Shown here: piece by piece, positions 7,148 through 11,842 of the stretch
Layout: each line of letters begins with the position of its first letter
Numbering within the stretch: position 1 is the first letter of the stretch
From: Pseudobacteriovorax sp.
GTDB lineage: Bacteria > Bdellovibrionota_B > Oligoflexia > Oligoflexales > Oligoflexaceae
Assembly: GCA_050293845.1 (NCBI GenBank)
Contig: JBNKNM010000177.1
Span: 1-11,842 of the forward strand
Reading direction: 5' to 3'
DNA length: 11,842 bases
Position numbers and translations under genes: made by a program
Notes under the pieces: generated by a model
The model's input: the letters and a program-made list of their open reading frames with translations, nothing else
The model's database searches: none
Told to the model about the DNA's origin: nothing

Positions 7148-8305
7148 TCAAAAAAATGAACCAGCAGCTATTGGATCAAAACATCCAAGCAGTGGATCAC
7201 AAATAGGATCTACAGGCGCGCACCCTAAAATAGGATCACATACAGGGGGCTCTTCACCTCCCCCACCGGGGACAAGCTCTTCACACCCCATTCCTTCATT
7301 AGAATAATTAAAAAATAGATGTGAGTATTTGAGACAAGCCCCTTTTAAATGGCTACCAAGTTGGGCTCGTTGCAGGGAGGTTTGGGTTCCCCTTTTGGTA
7401 CTAAGTTCAATAATTTCACTGCTATCTTGCAGTTGATCAAGATAAAGGAGGTGGGGATAAAACAACCAATTTTTTGGGGGCTGCTGCCAAAAAATTTTTG
7501 GCATTAAAGGAGACAAGGCCGCTGCCGCCTTCAATATGAACTGTGGATCGCTATTGATGTCCTGCAAGGGAATCACTGATTTACCGCCATCAAAGTTAAA
7601 TCCGATACTTTGGATTATCATCTGACGAACCCAGTCTCCATCTAAATTATTTCCTTTTCGAATACTCTCCAAGAAATGGTCGTTATCTCTTATATGTCTT
7701 AAAAAGTTGTCTTTATGAATCTTAAAATCGTAGTTTTTCGAAATTTCCTTAGCAATAAAGGAAAAGTCAAAACCGAGAGACAGTAAACTTCCATTTCTCG
7801 TAGAGGCATGCAAAGTTAAAATATCAACCCCTTCTGGGCTGATCTTGGCATGAAAGGGAAGAGCCACATTTAAATTAGCATTACTGAATTCACTAGATTC
7901 AGCGATAATACGATAATTAAAAGATGACTCCATCAAATTCACTGTCAATTTGCCACTCGAGATGGGTAGCATGGAAAATCTTGCATTTGGGTTAGCTCTT
8001 TTTATCTCAGAAAGAACCCTCTCAAAGCCAGTAGCCGGTTGTATACGAACCATCATCAAAATATGACCGTAACCAGCATCATCTATCACCATGCGAAACA
8101 GCGGATTGCCGTCTTCCTTCTCCAAATTTATTTTGCTTGGTACCACATAAAAATGATCACTATCATTTTCATCCACCAGAAGCTTCACGCTATGATTCAT
8201 AAGAGTGGAGTTCAAACCTGGAGTGGACACACTTTCAACCAACGGAATACTATAGGCATTCGCGTAGTAAATAGAAAAAATCAGGACTACTCTTAAAAAA
8301 AACAT
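7148..8305 (-). CDS. Hypothetical secreted protein, paralogue B of the unnamed tandem family, with Cys/Pro repeat tail (385 aa)
   Basis: Signal peptide ending ANAYS-IP and SD AAGGAG at 8312-8317. Motifs VDENDSDHFYVVP, DGNPLF, EIKRANPNARF and CLKYSHLF...GC. Confidence 0.85.
   Translation of the reverse strand: MFFLRVVLIFSIYYANAYSIPLVESVSTPGLNSTLMNHSVKLLVDENDSDHFYVVPSKINLEKEDGNPLFRMVIDDAGYGHILMMVRIQPATGFERVLSEIKRANPNARFSMLPISSGKLTVNLMESSFNYRIIAESSEFSNANLNVALPFHAKISPEGVDILTLHASTRNGSLLSLGFDFSFIAKEISKNYDFKIHKDNFLRHIRDNDHFLESIRKGNNLDGDWVRQMIIQSIGFNFDGGKSVIPLQDINSDPQFILKAAAALSPLMPKIFWQQPPKNWLFYPHLLYLDQLQDSSEIIELSTKRGTQTSLQRAQLGSHLKGACLKYSHLFFNYSNEGMGCEELVPGGGGEEPPVCDPILGCAPVDPICDPLLGCFDPIAAGSFF
7181..7246 (-). 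repeat. Two in-frame repeats P(V/I)CDP(I/L)LGC with 39-bp period
   Basis: PVCDPILGC (7220-7246) and PICDPLLGC (7181-7207) follow a PGGGGEEP linker. Confidence 0.85.
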
Positions 8306-8316
8306 TGATCACTCCT

Positions 8317-9390
8317 TTAGTACGAAAAGACTACTGACGGCCAGAATGGCAAACTCGGGTCCTGCTCATAATTCAAAGTAGAGGGACTAGACTGCGAGGG
8401 ATTTTCTGGAATGATTCGATCCGGACACCCACTATGAATTTTTCGATCATGACTTCTAAAGACAAATAAATCTGGATACTCATTGCATAAGCTGCCAATT
8501 GAGAATCCGACAGCTGCCTTGAATGCAAAACTCGCATCACTCTTTACTGTCAACTCTTCAATCATGTTTTTGTGACAAGATTCCGGGTCTACTGTATACC
8601 CAACAAAAGGACTTTGCGGTAAAGTAGAAACAAAACAGGAGTCCCGACCTAAGCTGGACAAATAACTTAAGATAAAATCCCAAGGAACATCAGGCCCACT
8701 GGTGAAGACCTTTAGCCCTTCATCCCTACGAAGAACTTGTAATTCTTCTGATATAGTCTTTTGTGAGTGGATCAGCTTTTGAGAGGCATTTTCAATAAAC
8801 ATCTCACGATCGAATCGTACCATCGCCACAGAAGGAAACGTTTCCGCTTCAAAATCATAGTGATAATTCACACCAAGTATAGCCCCTGTTTGAAGAGCCG
8901 TAACAAGTAAATCTCCTTGATCTTTATTAAAATGAATCGCTACCGACCATGGATTACCAAGACTTGATTCTACCAATGGTGTTCCTGCTTCAAAAACTTC
9001 ATCTCCATCCTGAGTCCTTATCGTCAAGCTATAGGATCCGGAGCGCACATCTACTAACTTAAATTGCGCTTGCGGATTCTCTTCTAAAATTTTCTGACGA
9101 GACTGCTCAAATGCGGGCCAATCAATGTCAGGTTTTACAGTAAAAGAAATCAACGCCCCCTTCGGGTGATAAGAAAACCCAAAGTCAGGATAACCTTCCT
9201 TATCGTAGACAATTCCTAAGCGATTATAGGGGACATGAAATAAATTATGGTCTTCGCTATCTCGCAACATTGTGATGGCCTCCTGACCTGGAGATCCCAA
9301 GCTTAAATGGCTTGCATCACCATCCACAAAAGGGATGGCCTGGGCTTGCCCACACAACAACATGAAGAGTATAGTACTTCTCTTGATCAT
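8317..9390 (-). CDS. Hypothetical secreted protein, paralogue A of the unnamed tandem family (357 aa)
   Basis: Signal peptide ending AQA-IP and SD AAGGAAGG at 9396-9403. Motifs RDSEDHNLFHVP, EGYPDF, KILEENPQAQF and CNEYPDLF...GC, with a P/S-rich tail. Confidence 0.85.
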   Translation of the reverse strand: MIKRSTILFMLLCGQAQAIPFVDGDASHLSLGSPGQEAITMLRDSEDHNLFHVPYNRLGIVYDKEGYPDFGFSYHPKGALISFTVKPDIDWPAFEQSRQKILEENPQAQFKLVDVRSGSYSLTIRTQDGDEVFEAGTPLVESSLGNPWSVAIHFNKDQGDLLVTALQTGAILGVNYHYDFEAETFPSVAMVRFDREMFIENASQKLIHSQKTISEELQVLRRDEGLKVFTSGPDVPWDFILSYLSSLGRDSCFVSTLPQSPFVGYTVDPESCHKNMIEELTVKSDASFAFKAAVGFSIGSLCNEYPDLFVFRSHDRKIHSGCPDRIIPENPSQSSPSTLNYEQDPSLPFWPSVVFSY

Positions 9391-9405
9391 AACAACCTTC
9401 CTTCT

Positions 9406-11793
9406 TTAATCTTCGGGATCAGGAGCACCATCACCAGGGTGCACGACGACATTATAAAGGCGATCCAAGGCTTTTCCTTTTTCATCCGTAGCAAAAAGCC
9501 GATCTAAAATATCTATCCAAATCGAACGCACATTGCCCCAGTGCATTTTGTAGTACAAGGGATAGTTAAAGGTGACATCTGGCTCAGGATCTGCCACCGG
9601 CTGCACAATCGCTAAACGCTCAAAAAGTGCTTGTTGCAGTGACATTTGCGCTAAGATGTCCAGAAGAATTTCCCTAGGAATTAAATTCCTCTTTAAGAAG
9701 TCCTGCAATACTTGATATTTAGATAAGACAGTAGGGATATCTAAAAAGTCTTGGTGTTCAGCCTCCTGGGGATGAACTTTTTCTTGGGCAAAAACGTCTT
9801 TAGTCCATCGAAAAACTAATTGCGCCATAAACCGCTCCCGTTCCTCGATTTCCATTTGCTGGATAAATCTATAAGCCATGCGCCGTGGATTGAAAAATGT
9901 TTGTGCTGTAACGGATACTTTTGCCGGGCCATTTTTCAACATCGATTCTAAAAAGTAGAACACTGCCTCTTCATGCTTTAGCTCACGTAGAAGCAATCCA
10001 GCTACTGCAAATCTCACATCAGGATCACCGTCGGAAGACATAAGCTTCAATAGCTCGCCTGTGACATCCCCATTGGTAGGATGAAATCCAATTCGTCTTG
10101 GAGTATTTTCATTTTCCAGTGAGACTCCCGCTTGGCTGGTCAATGACCCATCAAGGACAATCATTGCTGAAATGCCTCCACGCAGGCGGTTTTTCAAGCG
10201 TATTTCAACTTCTGTGATAAACTCATCCCTTTCAGTTTCGATAAAGCGGCTATTAATGCTATCTAGATGCTGGGGTTGAGCACTACCACTGCCAAAAATA
10301 CTAATTTTATTCCGCAGATCTGTTTCAGAGATTTTCCCACCAAACGTCAGTTTGATAATCGAACCAGGTGTAACAAAACCTCCCTGATTGGGGTCACTTT
10401 CAAGCAGTGCCGGATAATCTGAATTTTCTTTAAATCGACAAAGGTCGAGCTGTAGATCGATCACGCTAGAAAAGCCCATACCAAATGATGGACCTGCGTC
10501 AGGAGGTAGAGCTAGGTCATTTAAAACATCACATTGACCGGCGTACTCTAAAACAAACTCCATTCCAGCTTTGAATTCCATCATTCCAGCCTCCGAGGCT
10601 GACTCGTGCCGTATCATATCCAACTCTGCAGCAGCACCTATTGCAACTCTTCGCACCTGGGGATTTTCATCGGAAAGCGCTTCAACAATAATTTGATTGC
10701 TTTGTGAGGACCACTGCCCGGCCCTTCCTAGAGCATAGATAGCAGCAGATCGAACCGATGCTTCTGAATCCCGTGCACCATCGATAAGAAGTGAGATTCC
10801 AAATTGATCATTTTCTACAACATTCCTAAGAGCTGCAATCATCTGTGATTTTGCAACGGGATGACGTTCGATTTGTATCGCTGAGTATAAAGCGAGGCGT
10901 GCAAACTCAAGTACCTTCGCTTCGTAAGCAGGAACATGAAGGAGACAGACATTATCCATAATACTTAAGGCTTGAACGTCATCGACATCAGTCATACGAT
11001 CAAAAAGATTGCTTGAAACGAGGGGGACTTGAGGACACCCAACAGCAACAGGCATCGCCACGCGTAAGTCCCCGGGATCTAATGGGTTTGGCACGTCCTC
11101 AGCTTTACGTGGGATACAAGCTGGAATCCCATGTAACATGGATCGCGGATCAGTATTTGGATCAGCAAAGTAAAAATTTTGAAAATCAAACCCTGTGGAC
11201 CATGGTAGATCGGGACAATGAGATTGAACAGCTTGGTCCCTTAAGGCTAACGCGGCGGCACCTCTGACTAAAGGAGCTTCGTCTTGCAGTAATTGAATTA
11301 GCCTTGAATTAATTAGAAAACTTTTATTTCCTTGTAAGCGTAGAGCCGCCGCTGCCTCCCGTCTAACCAGAGCTTTTGTATCATAGCTGGCATTAAGGAG
11401 AGAATACATGACCATGGAACTGAAGTTGCCATGGGTTCCCATCACTTTCGCAGCCCCTGCTCGTTCATAACCGTCTTTCGAATCGATGCTATCTAAGGCC
11501 ATAGCTGTAACAATAGTACGTTGCCAATTTTCCGAAGACGCTGGTTGCTGGGCAAATGTCTTCAACATTTCTGCCCTTAAACGACTGTCTTTAGTTTCAT
11601 AGTACTCGCTGTTTAATTGCCAGAAGTTAGTAGAGGTTTCAAAGTCATTACAATAACCCTGATAAAAGGGTGGTAAGTCTTTTTTAGAAATAGGCTCAGC
11701 ATCACCACACTCTTGCGCCTTGAGTCTAAACTGCAAGTTCGCGTTAACAAACTCTTCTGAAACATTAAAACCAAAATTTCTGCAGCATTTCAT
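9406..11793 (-). CDS. HEAT-repeat protein with inserted Big_5-like Ig domain (795 aa or more; true 5' end uncertain)
   Basis: HEAT/PBS-lyase-type repeats SYDTKALVRREAAAAL, LLQDEAPLVRGAAALAL, ARDSEASVRSAAIYALG, ALSDENPQVRRVAIGA and DGDPDVRFAVAGLL. Ig-like pattern at aa 461-573. No SD before ATG 11793. Confidence 0.8.
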   Translation of the reverse strand: MKCCRNFGFNVSEEFVNANLQFRLKAQECGDAEPISKKDLPPFYQGYCNDFETSTNFWQLNSEYYETKDSRLRAEMLKTFAQQPASSENWQRTIVTAMALDSIDSKDGYERAGAAKVMGTHGNFSSMVMYSLLNASYDTKALVRREAAAALRLQGNKSFLINSRLIQLLQDEAPLVRGAAALALRDQAVQSHCPDLPWSTGFDFQNFYFADPNTDPRSMLHGIPACIPRKAEDVPNPLDPGDLRVAMPVAVGCPQVPLVSSNLFDRMTDVDDVQALSIMDNVCLLHVPAYEAKVLEFARLALYSAIQIERHPVAKSQMIAALRNVVENDQFGISLLIDGARDSEASVRSAAIYALGRAGQWSSQSNQIIVEALSDENPQVRRVAIGAAAELDMIRHESASEAGMMEFKAGMEFVLEYAGQCDVLNDLALPPDAGPSFGMGFSSVIDLQLDLCRFKENSDYPALLESDPNQGGFVTPGSIIKLTFGGKISETDLRNKISIFGSGSAQPQHLDSINSRFIETERDEFITEVEIRLKNRLRGGISAMIVLDGSLTSQAGVSLENENTPRRIGFHPTNGDVTGELLKLMSSDGDPDVRFAVAGLLLRELKHEEAVFYFLESMLKNGPAKVSVTAQTFFNPRRMAYRFIQQMEIEERERFMAQLVFRWTKDVFAQEKVHPQEAEHQDFLDIPTVLSKYQVLQDFLKRNLIPREILLDILAQMSLQQALFERLAIVQPVADPEPDVTFNYPLYYKMHWGNVRSIWIDILDRLFATDEKGKALDRLYNVVVHPGDGAPDPED

Positions 11794-11842
11794 TTGCTAC
11801 GTTCACATATGGGGTGCAAGACAGAATAGTCTCCAGGACCTT
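11765..11842 (-). other. Probable coding sequence entering from the right edge (upstream gene end, or frameshifted N-terminal part of the HEAT gene)
   Basis: Two - strand frames are open from the edge: KVLETILSCTPYVNVANEMLQKFWF* (stop 11765-11767) and GPGDYSVLHPICERSK* (TGA at 11790-11792, overlapping ATG 11793 as ATGA). Confidence 0.5.

Noticed and set aside
8295..8302. T8 tract immediately after the start codon of paralogue B as a phase-variation site
   Set aside because: The gene is in frame, and A/T runs of this length are common in AT-rich signal-peptide coding sequence.
5211..11267. Other short ORFs: 5211-5429, 5291-5518, 5515-5778, 5655-5864, 6608-6790, 8039-8296, 9307-9507 and 11013-11267
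   Set aside because: They are antisense or off-frame to the operon genes and have no recognisable features.
232..11793. Functional link between the ligase module and the secreted operon (for example RiPP-like modification of the CDPxLGC or DPNTG repeats, as in graspetides)
   Set aside because: The ligases are cytoplasmic and RLAN-type rather than graspetide synthetases. The repeats lack Lys/Thr-acid core motifs with a leader peptide, and the units are convergent and separated by an unrelated gene.
1..11842. CRISPR array, tRNA/rRNA, IS or prophage genes
   Set aside because: No regularly spaced direct repeats, RNA gene signatures, or transposase/phage motifs were seen.

Overview
Bacterial DNA (spot-checked GC about 40%). 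The gene style suggests Bdellovibrionota/Oligoflexia, but that is inference only. There are two convergent blocks. (1) On the + strand, a translationally coupled three-gene amidoligase module (RLAN+RimK-type ATP-grasp ligase, GCS2-family carboxylate-amine ligase, N-formylglutamate amidohydrolase-family Zn hydrolase) is followed by a DUF4382-type lipoprotein. (2) On the - strand, a tight operon of at least six uncharacterised, apparently exported proteins: a HEAT-repeat protein interrupted by Cys-containing loops and a Big_5-like Ig domain (its 5' end is ambiguous and possibly frameshifted), three diverged tandem paralogues sharing an unnamed ~180-aa beta-rich domain, an 8-Cys secreted protein, and a Cys-rich lipoprotein. 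The 550-bp gap between the blocks holds a perfect 17-bp inverted repeat, several smaller hairpins and AGGA clusters. The - strand operon is the best candidate for an undescribed system. No rRNA, tRNA, CRISPR array or mobile element was seen. All family calls come from motif recognition by eye; no searches were run.
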